This document shows, in pieces, positions 7,162-15,187 of a DNA stretch of 32,000 nucleotides. The position numbers and the translations under genes are program-made. Every line of letters begins with the position of its first letter. The stretch's first letter is position 1. Origin of the DNA: Sedimentisphaera cyanobacteriorum. Lineage in GTDB: Bacteria; Planctomycetota; Phycisphaerae; Sedimentisphaerales; Sedimentisphaeraceae. The notes beneath the pieces are model-generated. The model was not told where the DNA came from and searched no databases. It was given only the letters and a program-made list of their open reading frames with translations. The stretch lies in contig NZ_CP019633.1 in the NCBI RefSeq assembly GCF_001997385.1, forward strand, positions 1,410,001 to 1,442,000. The letters run 5' to 3'.

Positions 7162-8268
7162 TTATTTATGTTTTAGCGGGGTTTTGAGGGCTTCGAGGGC
7201 TTTGCCGTTTTTATCGAACATAGCCATCGCTGCGTTCATCCATGTATGCATACCTTTTACATTAATTGATTCGGGGTACCAGTAGAATATGCCGATGCAT
7301 TTGCCGTCTGGGGTGGATTTTGCGGTTTTTACAAGCTGGGCAAGGAATTGAGCCTGCCCTTCTTCTGTCATTGGCCAAGCCATACGTTCTTCTGTCCAGC
7401 TGCCCTTGCCCTTCGAGAAGTTTTCTTTGCGGGGATAGGCGGTTTCAGCGATTATGATTTGCTTATCGTATCTGCCCGCCATAAACTTCAGGTTTTCCCC
7501 TATCTCTTCAAGCGTCCCGTGCCACCAAGGGTAGCAGCTTTGGGCGATAACATCATAATCAACTCTGTATTTTTCCATATAATCAAAGAAGGTTTTTGTG
7601 GCGGCGGTATTCCCGCCAAGGGCTGTATGGATAACGGTTTTGATCCTTTTGCCCTCTGGCGAGGCCTTACGGACGCCTCGTATTCCCGCCTTTATCAGAT
7701 GTGCAAAGCGAAGCCAGCTTTTTTCCTCCTTCCACTTTATCCTGCCCTCCGGCCAAAGGAAGCCCGGGTTAATCTCGTTTCCGATTTGCACCATCTCCGG
7801 GCAGATTCCTTTATCACAGAAGCTTTTGATAACCTCTGCTGTATAGCTTTCAACCTTCTCTCTGAGGCGGTAAAAATCCAGAGATTCCCAAGCTTCGGGC
7901 TTATTCTGGTGGCCGGGATCTGCCCATGTGTCAGAATAATGCAGGTCTATCAGCAGATCCATCCCCGCTTTCTTTGCCCTTTCAGCGAGTTTCAGAGTGT
8001 ATTCAAGGTCGTTTACAACTGCTCCTTTGCCGTTTGGATTTACAAAGAGCCTCAGCCTTGCGCAGTTCCAGCCGTTTTCGGCGAACAGCTCCATAGCATC
8101 AGCAGGGCTGCCCGCGCTGTCTTTGAATTCACCTCCAAGCGATTCCACCTTGCTTAGTGCGGAAATATCGGCGCCGTAGTAAAAAACGTCTTTAGCTGCC
8201 TCGTCTGCAAGGCAGAGAGCTGCAAAAAACACAGCCGACAAAAGAAATGCTGATTTGTTTGTCATCAT
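7162..8268 (-). CDS. Arabinogalactan endo-beta-1,4-galactanase (glycoside hydrolase family 53), secreted
   Basis: YYGADIS...GWNCARLRLFVNP...DLHYSDTWADPGHQNKP...VQIGNEINPGFLWP...IIAETAYP are typical GH53 blocks, including both catalytic Glu contexts. An N-terminal signal peptide is present. Confidence 0.9.
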   Translation of the reverse strand: MMTNKSAFLLSAVFFAALCLADEAAKDVFYYGADISALSKVESLGGEFKDSAGSPADAMELFAENGWNCARLRLFVNPNGKGAVVNDLEYTLKLAERAKKAGMDLLIDLHYSDTWADPGHQNKPEAWESLDFYRLREKVESYTAEVIKSFCDKGICPEMVQIGNEINPGFLWPEGRIKWKEEKSWLRFAHLIKAGIRGVRKASPEGKRIKTVIHTALGGNTAATKTFFDYMEKYRVDYDVIAQSCYPWWHGTLEEIGENLKFMAGRYDKQIIIAETAYPRKENFSKGKGSWTEERMAWPMTEEGQAQFLAQLVKTAKSTPDGKCIGIFYWYPESINVKGMHTWMNAAMAMFDKNGKALEALKTPLKHK

Positions 8269-8550
8269 AAGCTTCCCTAAAATTAGAATGCAAATATATT
8301 TTCTTCACTATTAGATGTTTGAAAGGCGTAAAATTTTGCCAGAAAAAATCAAGAAACCCGGATAATTCCGTTCTCCCAAGAATTTTGGAAGCAATAAGTT
8401 TGGAATTGTTATAACCAAAGACCACGTAAAAGATTCAGACCAGCTTGAGTAATTTGAAAAGCAGCCCATGATAAATCATACTTTCCCAGCTGAGAGAGAG
8501 GATATCATACCCCAGTCTGAAGCAGAAGTTAGTCCCGATGCTCTCTCTGG

Positions 8551-10233
8551 CTATTGGCTGGGAGTTTGAAGAACGCAAGAGCGTTTTTCAATGCATTCGG
8601 GAAGCTTAAGCTCAATGCATCCGCGAACTGAATTAGTAAACACAATCGCATCGGCCTTGAGCAGGTCTTGCAGGTAAAGCCTTCTTACAAGAACATTATT
8701 CTCTCTGATGAAGGCAGCCCTTTCAACGCCCGGAAGAAGCCCGGACTCTGCGGGAGGGGTAATGCAGCGGTCTGCAAATCGCAGGAAGAGATTGGAAATA
8801 GAGCCCTCGAGCAGTTCGCCGGAACTGGTGTGGAGTATGTGCTCGGTGAAGTTTTTCAAATCGAGATTGAGCCTTCTGGAGGTTTTGTGCATAGTGAAAG
8901 CCTTGGGCCTGCTTGGAACTTGCCTAAGCCCAATCCACCCCTGCTTCCAAGGGATTAACGGGAAAGACTCAACGGCAATCTTCCCCCTCGAATTAACTGA
9001 AAGCCGCACGCGTTTATCGGACGAGAAGCCCAATGCTGAGAGCAGCCTTTCTCTGAGAGCTTCTCTGCTGCAGGGAATTTTAAAAAAGCCGAGAGATTTC
9101 ATAATCCTTTCCAGATGCTCGTTCAGGCGTGCAAATTCCCTCTTTTTGCTGTCCCATAGGATTGATTCAAACACTCTGAATTCGCTTCCAGCCTCGATGA
9201 ATTTGGTTTTCAGGAGCGTTTCCTCATATTCCTCCGCCGGCTCGGAGCACACTGTAATCCCGCTGCCCGCTCCCATGCGTGCTTTTCCGTTTTCTATCTC
9301 AACGGTTCGGATTGCGATTGCATGGAGCATACGGTCTTTGCTGTTCAGGCCGATTGAGCCGGTATAGAGACCTCTTGAGGAGCTTTCAACCCGTCGGATA
9401 ATATCCATCGTGCTTTTCTTGGGGGCTCCGGTAATAGACCCGCACGGGAAAAGCGCCTCGATTATTTTCAGGAAAGATTTCTCTCGCAGAGTCCCGCAGA
9501 TTTTGGAAGTCATCTGATACAGCGATTTATACTCTTCCACCTCAAGCAGCTCAGGCACATGCACATTATCGCATATCCTGTTGAGGTCGTTGCGGAGCAG
9601 ATCAACGATCATCACGTTCTCAGCAACATTTTTTTCATCATTCCTGAGAAAATCCTCGCCCTGCTCTAAGCGGCAAGTGCCTTTCATCGGCCTTGAGTAT
9701 ATACTGCGTCCCTCGGCGCAGAAGAAAAGCTCAGGAGTTGCTGAGATGATATACCTGTCTTGAAGTTTTATAATTGTGTTGTAGGCAGTGGGCTGGGTTT
9801 TCAGAGAATGGATGAAGAATGCCAGAGGGCAGCCGAAAAAATTGAAATCCACGCTCGTAGTGTAATTCACCTGATAAGTTCTGCCTGCCTCGAGCTCGGC
9901 TTTAATCTCGGCAAGGGCATTGCAGTAATCACTTCGTGATTGAGAAAGCCTAATCCCCGTAACTGCAAAATCACTGCAGGGCCTTATCGCAGGCTTGGAG
10001 CAGGTTTTGTAGAAAAGCAGGGTGCCGAGGTTTGAGCCATCTGCCTGATTGACCAGATATTCGCCGAGCTGGTAATTCAAAATCGAAACGACATACCCGC
10101 CATTTTCCGCATATTCCTGCGCAAAGCGAAGCGCATCTGAGAAATTGGCAGAGCTCAAATTTATCACTTCTTCAGGCGAGCTGAATTTAACCAGCCTTCC
10201 CGGGAGTTTTGTAATTACAGTAAAATCATCCAT
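8551..10233 (-). CDS. pabB: Bifunctional aminodeoxychorismate synthase component I / aminodeoxychorismate lyase-like (PabB-PabC fusion)
   Basis: Chorismate-binding motifs occupy aa 1-346: SATPELFF, SRPMKGT, DEKNVAENVMIVDLLRNDL, LFPCGSITGAPK, RGLYTGSIG. From aa ~351 there is a class IV aminotransferase/PabC-like fold (FESILW...HLERI...VRLSV...HKTSRR...EGSISNLF...ITPP...GLLPGVER...FTNSVRG). Confidence 0.8.
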   Translation of the reverse strand: MDDFTVITKLPGRLVKFSSPEEVINLSSANFSDALRFAQEYAENGGYVVSILNYQLGEYLVNQADGSNLGTLLFYKTCSKPAIRPCSDFAVTGIRLSQSRSDYCNALAEIKAELEAGRTYQVNYTTSVDFNFFGCPLAFFIHSLKTQPTAYNTIIKLQDRYIISATPELFFCAEGRSIYSRPMKGTCRLEQGEDFLRNDEKNVAENVMIVDLLRNDLNRICDNVHVPELLEVEEYKSLYQMTSKICGTLREKSFLKIIEALFPCGSITGAPKKSTMDIIRRVESSSRGLYTGSIGLNSKDRMLHAIAIRTVEIENGKARMGAGSGITVCSEPAEEYEETLLKTKFIEAGSEFRVFESILWDSKKREFARLNEHLERIMKSLGFFKIPCSREALRERLLSALGFSSDKRVRLSVNSRGKIAVESFPLIPWKQGWIGLRQVPSRPKAFTMHKTSRRLNLDLKNFTEHILHTSSGELLEGSISNLFLRFADRCITPPAESGLLPGVERAAFIRENNVLVRRLYLQDLLKADAIVFTNSVRGCIELKLPECIEKRSCVLQTPSQ

Positions 10234-10242
10234 GGCAGAACC

Positions 10243-10280
10243 AAAAAAGAAACAGGCAGGAAATTCCTCCGGCCTGTTTC
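10243..10280 (-). terminator. Intrinsic terminator after sppA, ending 9 nt upstream of the pabB start codon
   Basis: Perfect 9-bp stem GAAACAGGC (10249-10257) / GCCTGTTTC (10272-10280). On the minus strand it is followed by TTTTTT (10248-10243). Confidence 0.6.
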
Positions 10281-10352
10281 GGTGTATTATTTAATTTAAG
10301 GAGAATAAATTAAATCTCAAATTTTTGCGTAAGCCATTATCTTTAATCGGCC

Positions 10353-10844
10353 TTAATTATCAAGCTTCCAAAGATACATAAGTTCAGGGGTGTTGATTTT
10401 CTGGAGAGTCTGCTCAGCATTTGGGAAAAATCCCGTATCCGCTGCGGCATTGCGAAAGAGATATTCCAAACTGAAGGTTTGCTTAAACCCGAAAATTTCG
10501 GGGTCTTCAAGTCCTTCATCTTCTGCAATCTTATCTCTCAGGCTTTCAAGATAGCTTACCCCGTCAATCAAGCCGTTATTTACCGCCTCGTCGCTGTAAT
10601 ATATGCTGCCGTCTGCAAGCTTGAGCACCTGTTCTCTGGAGAGCTTCTCGCGCCCTTCATCCACAAGAGTAACAAAACGCTCATAGGCGGGGGTTATCAT
10701 CTTGCTTTTTATATAATCAAGCTGCTGCTGGGTTACCTCGTCGAACATCTTAGGCCAGTCTTTCTTTTCGCCTGATTTTACTGTGATATTGTTTATCCCC
10801 AGTTTCTCATTCATAAGGGTTTCGAGATTGAAAGACTGCATAAT
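10353..10844 (-). pseudogene. sppA: sppA (signal peptide peptidase, S49) 3' fragment, separated from its 5' part by an IS insertion
   Basis: The translation ...MQSFNLETLMNEKLGINNITVKSGEKKDWPKMF...QQQLDYIKSKMITPAYERFVTLVDEGR...LADGSIYYSDEAVNNGLIDGV is the C-terminal half of 36K-type SppA and includes the catalytic-Lys region. It is in frame with the 5' fragment once the IS is removed. Confidence 0.85.
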
Positions 10845-12379
10845 TAGTCGTTCCTGAAAAATCAATGATTTTGGGGAAACTAAAAAAATATATCAGGCTA
10901 ATCGAGTCTTTAATTTGCTTTTCATTGCCAAATTTCTGTAAAATTCAATAATTTTAAGCATAAAAATATAGGCAAAAGTAAACTTCTTTAGAAGTTTACG
11001 CATATTGTACCCAAAAGCGCTGCCGAGGGCGTTCATTTTGTCCCCTTCTACACCTTTCAAGAAGTTTCTTCCCAACCTGTTGTCTTCTTTGAGGTGGCCT
11101 ATCGTTGGTTCTATGCTCGATCTTCTCTTAATCCACCTCTTGATACTTCGTTTCTTTTTTCGCCAGCCCTTTTCTACAATTTCAACATTTCCAATATCTT
11201 CGCAGCCATGTTTCTTGTATCCTCCATCAACATAAACATCTCCAAGCTTTTCTCTCCCGATTAAATTCATTGTCTGCTTCAGATTAGCCCGAAGAGTATG
11301 GCCATCATAAGGGTTTCCTTCAAAGCCCAACGCTCCTACGATAAAATTATTCTTGGCAGTAGTTACAATTCCAACCTTATTTCCAAACTCATATTTCTTG
11401 TGGCTTTTGCCTTTCCCAATGCAGCAGACGTGAGGTTCGTGAATACTGTAGAGCTTATTTTTGCTTTTCTTTGTCTGGGCTAAAAGCTTCTTAGCGGCTT
11501 GAAGCAATGTATCAAAAATTATTCTTAACTGCTCATTGCCTGCTATATTCCGCTCGACCTCTTTCGTAATTCGCCGCAGGTAGTTCCTTAATTTCTTCAC
11601 TTCTTTTTTAGCTCTTTTGAACTGTTTTGCACGTCGATACCTGCCCTGCATTACATACGCCCTTTTTCCAACCCTTTCGTAGCTTTGGCGAAGTTGGAGT
11701 TTTGAGGCTTTTGCAAGATCTACAAGCTTAATGCGCAGTTTGTGGCAGAGTTTTGCGTCGGTCGGATAAGTGATGTTCTTCTGCTGAACGGTTGTATCTG
11801 CAACGAGCTTGTTGAAATCGTTCTTTTTGATAACCTTAAGCTTCAAGCCGGCTTTGATAGTTTCTTCGAGCAGCTCTTCAAGACCATCAGATTTTACCTT
11901 ATTACGCCACTTAGTCATACTGGTTGGATCAATAGGAGGCTCGTACTGGAAGTATCTTTCGCCGCAGAAATACTGCCAGTAAGGATTCTCAACCCAGCCG
12001 GCAACGATTGCTTCATCGCTGAGATTGAAAGTGTACTTGAGATACTGAAGGCCGACCATCAGGCGAATCGGCTTGGCCGGCCTGCCTGAATCAGGACTGT
12101 ATAAACTGCCAAACTTCTCTTCAAAGCGAGACCAGTTGACAACCTCTGAGAGTTGGACTAAAGAGTGATCAGGATTTACAAGAGGTTTTAATGGCTGCTG
12201 AAAGAGTAAGCCTGCTTTATTGTTTTTTGCCTTCATTATTTTGTCCCAATATTGCAATGTTTTGATAGATGGAAGATAAACACTTGCAATATTATACCAT
12301 ATCTCGAAAGCTTTTCAATCATATAAACCATTATCAGAAAAGAATTTAAGGAAATTTAAAACTTTTTCAGGGGCGACTA
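10845..12379 (-). mobile_element. IS5/IS1182-superfamily insertion sequence (~1.53 kb) inserted in sppA
   Basis: Terminal inverted repeats are TAGTCGTTCCTGAAAAA (10845-) and TAGTCGCCCCTGAAAAA (reverse complement of -12379), matching at 15 of 17 positions. The palindromic 6-mer TAATTA occurs at both junctions (10841-10846, 12378-12383), so the TSD/IR boundary is ambiguous by +/-2 bp. One transposase ORF lies inside. Confidence 0.85.
10893..12257 (-). CDS. IS5/IS1182-type DDE transposase (DUF772-like N-terminal domain)
   Basis: The N-terminus has GRPAKPIRLMVGLQYLKYTFNLSDEAIV...NPYWQYFCG. DDE candidates are VADTTVQQKNITYPTD, VYVDGGYK and IEPTIGHLKEDNRLGRNFLKG. Confidence 0.85.
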   Translation of the reverse strand: MQYWDKIMKAKNNKAGLLFQQPLKPLVNPDHSLVQLSEVVNWSRFEEKFGSLYSPDSGRPAKPIRLMVGLQYLKYTFNLSDEAIVAGWVENPYWQYFCGERYFQYEPPIDPTSMTKWRNKVKSDGLEELLEETIKAGLKLKVIKKNDFNKLVADTTVQQKNITYPTDAKLCHKLRIKLVDLAKASKLQLRQSYERVGKRAYVMQGRYRRAKQFKRAKKEVKKLRNYLRRITKEVERNIAGNEQLRIIFDTLLQAAKKLLAQTKKSKNKLYSIHEPHVCCIGKGKSHKKYEFGNKVGIVTTAKNNFIVGALGFEGNPYDGHTLRANLKQTMNLIGREKLGDVYVDGGYKKHGCEDIGNVEIVEKGWRKKKRSIKRWIKRRSSIEPTIGHLKEDNRLGRNFLKGVEGDKMNALGSAFGYNMRKLLKKFTFAYIFMLKIIEFYRNLAMKSKLKTRLA

Positions 12380-13143
12380 ATTACACCTATAGACCCGGTG
12401 ATTGTGGTGGGCTCGGCATAAATCTCATCACAGGCAGCGGAAACATAATATCCGCCTGAGGCCGCAACACCGGACATAAAAGAATATACGGGAATGCCGG
12501 TGTCTTTTTGGAAGCTTTCAATGTAATGGTGGATCTGGTCGCTCGCAGATACAGAACCGCCCGGAGATGTTACACGAACAATCAAAGCTGCAACGGAGTC
12601 ATCCTTCTGAGCTTTTTTGATTTGGCTCCTGAATTTTTGGCTGGTCTCAAAAGTTATTAGATTCTGCACGTCTATAAGTGCGATTCTGTTATCTCTGCTG
12701 CCTTCCATAATTACGGTTTCATTGAAGCCGCCTCTTGCTAATCTCGAGCCCTCTTCAATATCTATAAATTCATCGTGGCTGAACACAGCAGCAAGGAATG
12801 CCACAATAAACAGCACTACCATAATAAAATACGGTACTGTAATCACCATATAGATAAATTTCATCGCAGACCACAGCCTGCACCAGAACCCCTTTTTCTT
12901 TTTCGGCTCTTTCTCTGGTTTCTTGCCGGCCTTTTTATCGCCCTTCTTGCTCTGCTGCGCAGCCTCTTTAGCGGGCTGTTCCTGCTTCACTTCACGCGCA
13001 GGCTCTTCAGTATTATATCCTTCAGGCTCACCGGAGAGCTCTAATCTTTCATTGTTTTGATAATCCTGATTCTGCTCCTGGTCATCCTCTTTTTCAAAAG
13101 GTGCGTTCTCATCGCTATTTTGATTTTTATAGTCTTCATCCAT
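12380..13143 (-). pseudogene. sppA: sppA 5' fragment: low-complexity N-terminus, TM helix and catalytic-Ser half
   Basis: ...IALIDVQNLI...AALIVRVTSPGGSVSASDQIHHYI...IPVYSFMSGVAASGGYYVSAACDEIYAEPTTITGSIGVI is followed by 3 IS-encoded codons (SRP) and a stop. Confidence 0.85.
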
Positions 13144-13173
13144 TATCTTAGCTCCTTAATAAAGGCATTAATA

Positions 13174-13368
13174 TTAGAGGTTCCAAGCCTTTGCGAAGGC
13201 CTTGAAGCTTCTGTCGTATGTTTTCTCCACATCATCAGGAAAACAGCAGGCTGGAAGCTGTTTCATACGCAGGTGGTACTGAATACAATCGCAGCATACA
13301 CCTTTTCTCGGGCACGGTTCGTAGGTGCAGTTGCAGTTTTTCATATTATCTTGTTTTTTGCATTCCAT
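13174..13368 (-). CDS. Small cysteine-rich protein (resembles the DUF6485 type)
   Basis: [62 protein letters not shown] has 9 Cys. AGGAGA lies 4 nt upstream of the ATG at 13368. The longer ORF start at 13389 lacks an RBS. Confidence 0.6.
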   Translation of the reverse strand: MECKKQDNMKNCNCTYEPCPRKGVCCDCIQYHLRMKQLPACCFPDDVEKTYDRSFKAFAKAWNL

Positions 13369-13391
13369 AAATTCTCCTGAAAAATTCAATC

Positions 13392-13859
13392 TCAGTATTT
13401 CGAATAACGCTGCATATCCCGTTTGAGATCTTTTTCTTTGATAGCAGCGCGTTTATCGTGCTTTTTCTTGCCCCTTGCAAGGGCGAGCTCAAGCTTTGCT
13501 GTTCCCCGCTTGTTGAAATAAATCGCAAGCGGAATCAGCGAATAGCCCTTTTGTTCAAGCTTTGTATGCAAACGCTTAATCTGAGCCTTGTGCAGAAGAA
13601 GCTTTCGCTTTCTCTCGGGGTCGTGATTGTTATACGTGGCTTCTTTATATGGCTCAATCTTGCAGCCTATGAGAAAGCATTCATTATTGTAAATTCTTCC
13701 ATAAGCAGCGTTTAAATCAGCGCTTCCCGTTCTGAGCGATTTCACCTCACTGCCCTTTAATTCCAGGCCCGCCTCGATTTTATCAAGAATCTCGTAATCG
13801 TGAAACGCTTTTTTGTTTTTTATCCTTGGCCAGCTGGATTTCTTTTCTTCTTTTGCCAT
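13392..13859 (-). CDS. smpB: SsrA-binding protein SmpB
   Basis: [29 protein letters not shown]...[16 protein letters not shown] is canonical SmpB. Confidence 0.95.
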   Translation of the reverse strand: MAKEEKKSSWPRIKNKKAFHDYEILDKIEAGLELKGSEVKSLRTGSADLNAAYGRIYNNECFLIGCKIEPYKEATYNNHDPERKRKLLLHKAQIKRLHTKLEQKGYSLIPLAIYFNKRGTAKLELALARGKKKHDKRAAIKEKDLKRDMQRYSKY

Positions 13860-13981
13860 CTATCCTAATTTACTTTCTAACCGGCTGTTTGCAAAGAACT
13901 AATTTGGAATAAACACCATAAAAAAAGGCCGCTTGGAAAAAATGCACCCAATACGACCTTTTTTGTAAGTCAATTTTGGAA

Positions 13982-15163
13982 TTATTCCTGCTCGGAAGCA
14001 TTCTCCTGATTTTCCTGCGGGGCAGTTTCTTCCTGGAAGTTTTCACCCTCATTCGCATCAGTCTGCTGCTGGTCATCGTTCGCCGCAGTTTCAGCTTCAG
14101 TCTGCTCCTGAGCTGGCTCAGCGTCCTGCTGTTGCTCCTGCTGGTCGTTTTCAACCTCGCCTACATCCGTTGAAACGTCTGGAGTTTCGCCGGTTTGAGG
14201 CTCAATTTCAGGCTGTTCTTCTGCGGGCTGCTGTTCGCCTCCGCCGCCGAAGAGATTACTGAAGAAATCGGTTATGAAATTCGAGCCGCCCGTTTCGGCT
14301 TCTTCAGCAGGCTGAACCTGAGGCTGAGGAGACAGCATTTCGTTGGGCTTAACGAATTTATCCATCTCTATCACATCTGGATGATTCTCAAAGTCTTCAG
14401 CATATTTGCCGATCTTTATCTTCACCCGAACCCTGTATTCATCATTAACAAGCATTCTCGCCCTTGCCAGACCAAAGGTCGGGAAATCAAAATCAAGCCC
14501 TCTGCGTTCTTTAAGCAGGGCAATCTTTGAAGGATTCTGCTCAATTTCATACATCATCAAAGAGAATGCCTTTTTCACAAGCATTGCGCCGGAATAGACA
14601 TAGTCGCTGTCCAGCCTGATCGGGTCAATATCCCCAATGAACATATTGATTCCTGTAATGATGATTTCTTTCCTTCGCTCTGCCTGATTTGCGTAGGTTA
14701 TATCGTCGAAGTCGCCGGGAAGTGAATACTCAAGCTCGATTCTTCCTCTGCCTGCCGTGCCTCCGTAGAGGCCAAAGTTAGACTGTTTCTCTTCGAAGAC
14801 AAATGCATATTTCCGGGCGAGGCGGTTGTTGTCCTGCCCGAATACTGCGGCATTCATCCATATTGCAGCTCCGTCATCCTTCTGCCCCCATGAAGCAACA
14901 GAATTCTGATTTTCGGATACATACTCACCCATCTCGTCCTTCTTTATCTCAGGAAGGATGTCTGTGGAGGTGTCGAAGCTAATCTGCATTTCATGGAAGC
15001 GGTCGAAAATGAGCTCGTCTTCGGGTGCAGAAACGCTGTTTAAGCTGCTGCAGCCTCCTGCAAATAAAACCATAACCGAAACGGCTAATACGCTAAGCGA
15101 TAATCTCAAAGCAATCCCTTTCTTCTCATAAGGAAAACTTGCTGTAAATAGATGCAGGAGCAT
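13982..15163 (-). CDS. Probable lipoprotein of unknown function with an ~85-aa E/Q/D-rich acidic C-terminal tail
   Basis: Signal and lipobox-like sequence ...LSLSVLAVSVMVLFAGGCSS. The globular region is not recognised. The C-terminal low-complexity acidic tail is EQQPAEEQPEIEPQ...QENQENASEQE. Confidence 0.6.
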   Translation of the reverse strand: MLLHLFTASFPYEKKGIALRLSLSVLAVSVMVLFAGGCSSLNSVSAPEDELIFDRFHEMQISFDTSTDILPEIKKDEMGEYVSENQNSVASWGQKDDGAAIWMNAAVFGQDNNRLARKYAFVFEEKQSNFGLYGGTAGRGRIELEYSLPGDFDDITYANQAERRKEIIITGINMFIGDIDPIRLDSDYVYSGAMLVKKAFSLMMYEIEQNPSKIALLKERRGLDFDFPTFGLARARMLVNDEYRVRVKIKIGKYAEDFENHPDVIEMDKFVKPNEMLSPQPQVQPAEEAETGGSNFITDFFSNLFGGGGEQQPAEEQPEIEPQTGETPDVSTDVGEVENDQQEQQQDAEPAQEQTEAETAANDDQQQTDANEGENFQEETAPQENQENASEQE

Positions 15164-15187
15164 TTTTCAGCTCCTGCAAAGTTATAC

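Noticed and set aside
7348-8157. A 269-aa plus-strand ORF, together with 7266-7457, 7598-7846 and 7997-8179.
   Set aside because: It lies entirely antisense to the well-supported GH53 gene. Its translation is low-complexity (S/F/L/P-rich) with no recognisable motifs, which is typical of an antisense frame artefact.
8455-8550. An imperfect long-range inverted repeat downstream of pabB-pabC (CCCAGC..CAGAGAGAG ... CTCTCTCTCAGCTGGG on the minus strand).
   Set aside because: It has a ~45-nt internal loop, asymmetric bulges and no following U-tract. I cannot support it as a terminator or ncRNA from sequence alone.
8708-9367. A 219-aa plus-strand ORF, together with 8668-8958 and 9581-9763.
   Set aside because: It is antisense to the pabB-pabC gene, which has clear family motifs. 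There are no motifs or RBS of its own.
13860-13981. A search for tmRNA (ssrA) next to smpB, and for tRNA-like GGTTCGA motifs in all intergenic regions.
   Set aside because: The gaps flanking smpB are only ~120 nt and ~20 nt. No tRNA-like acceptor/T-arm or tag-peptide reading frame is present. The only GGTTCGA-like strings lie in a terminator stem (7101) and in coding sequence.
13870-14154. A 94-aa K/R-rich minus-strand ORF overlapping the 3' end of the lipoprotein gene.
   Set aside because: It is an alternative frame of the GAA/GAG/CAG-rich acidic-tail coding region. The basic composition is the expected frame-shift mirror of a polyacidic tract, and it has no RBS.
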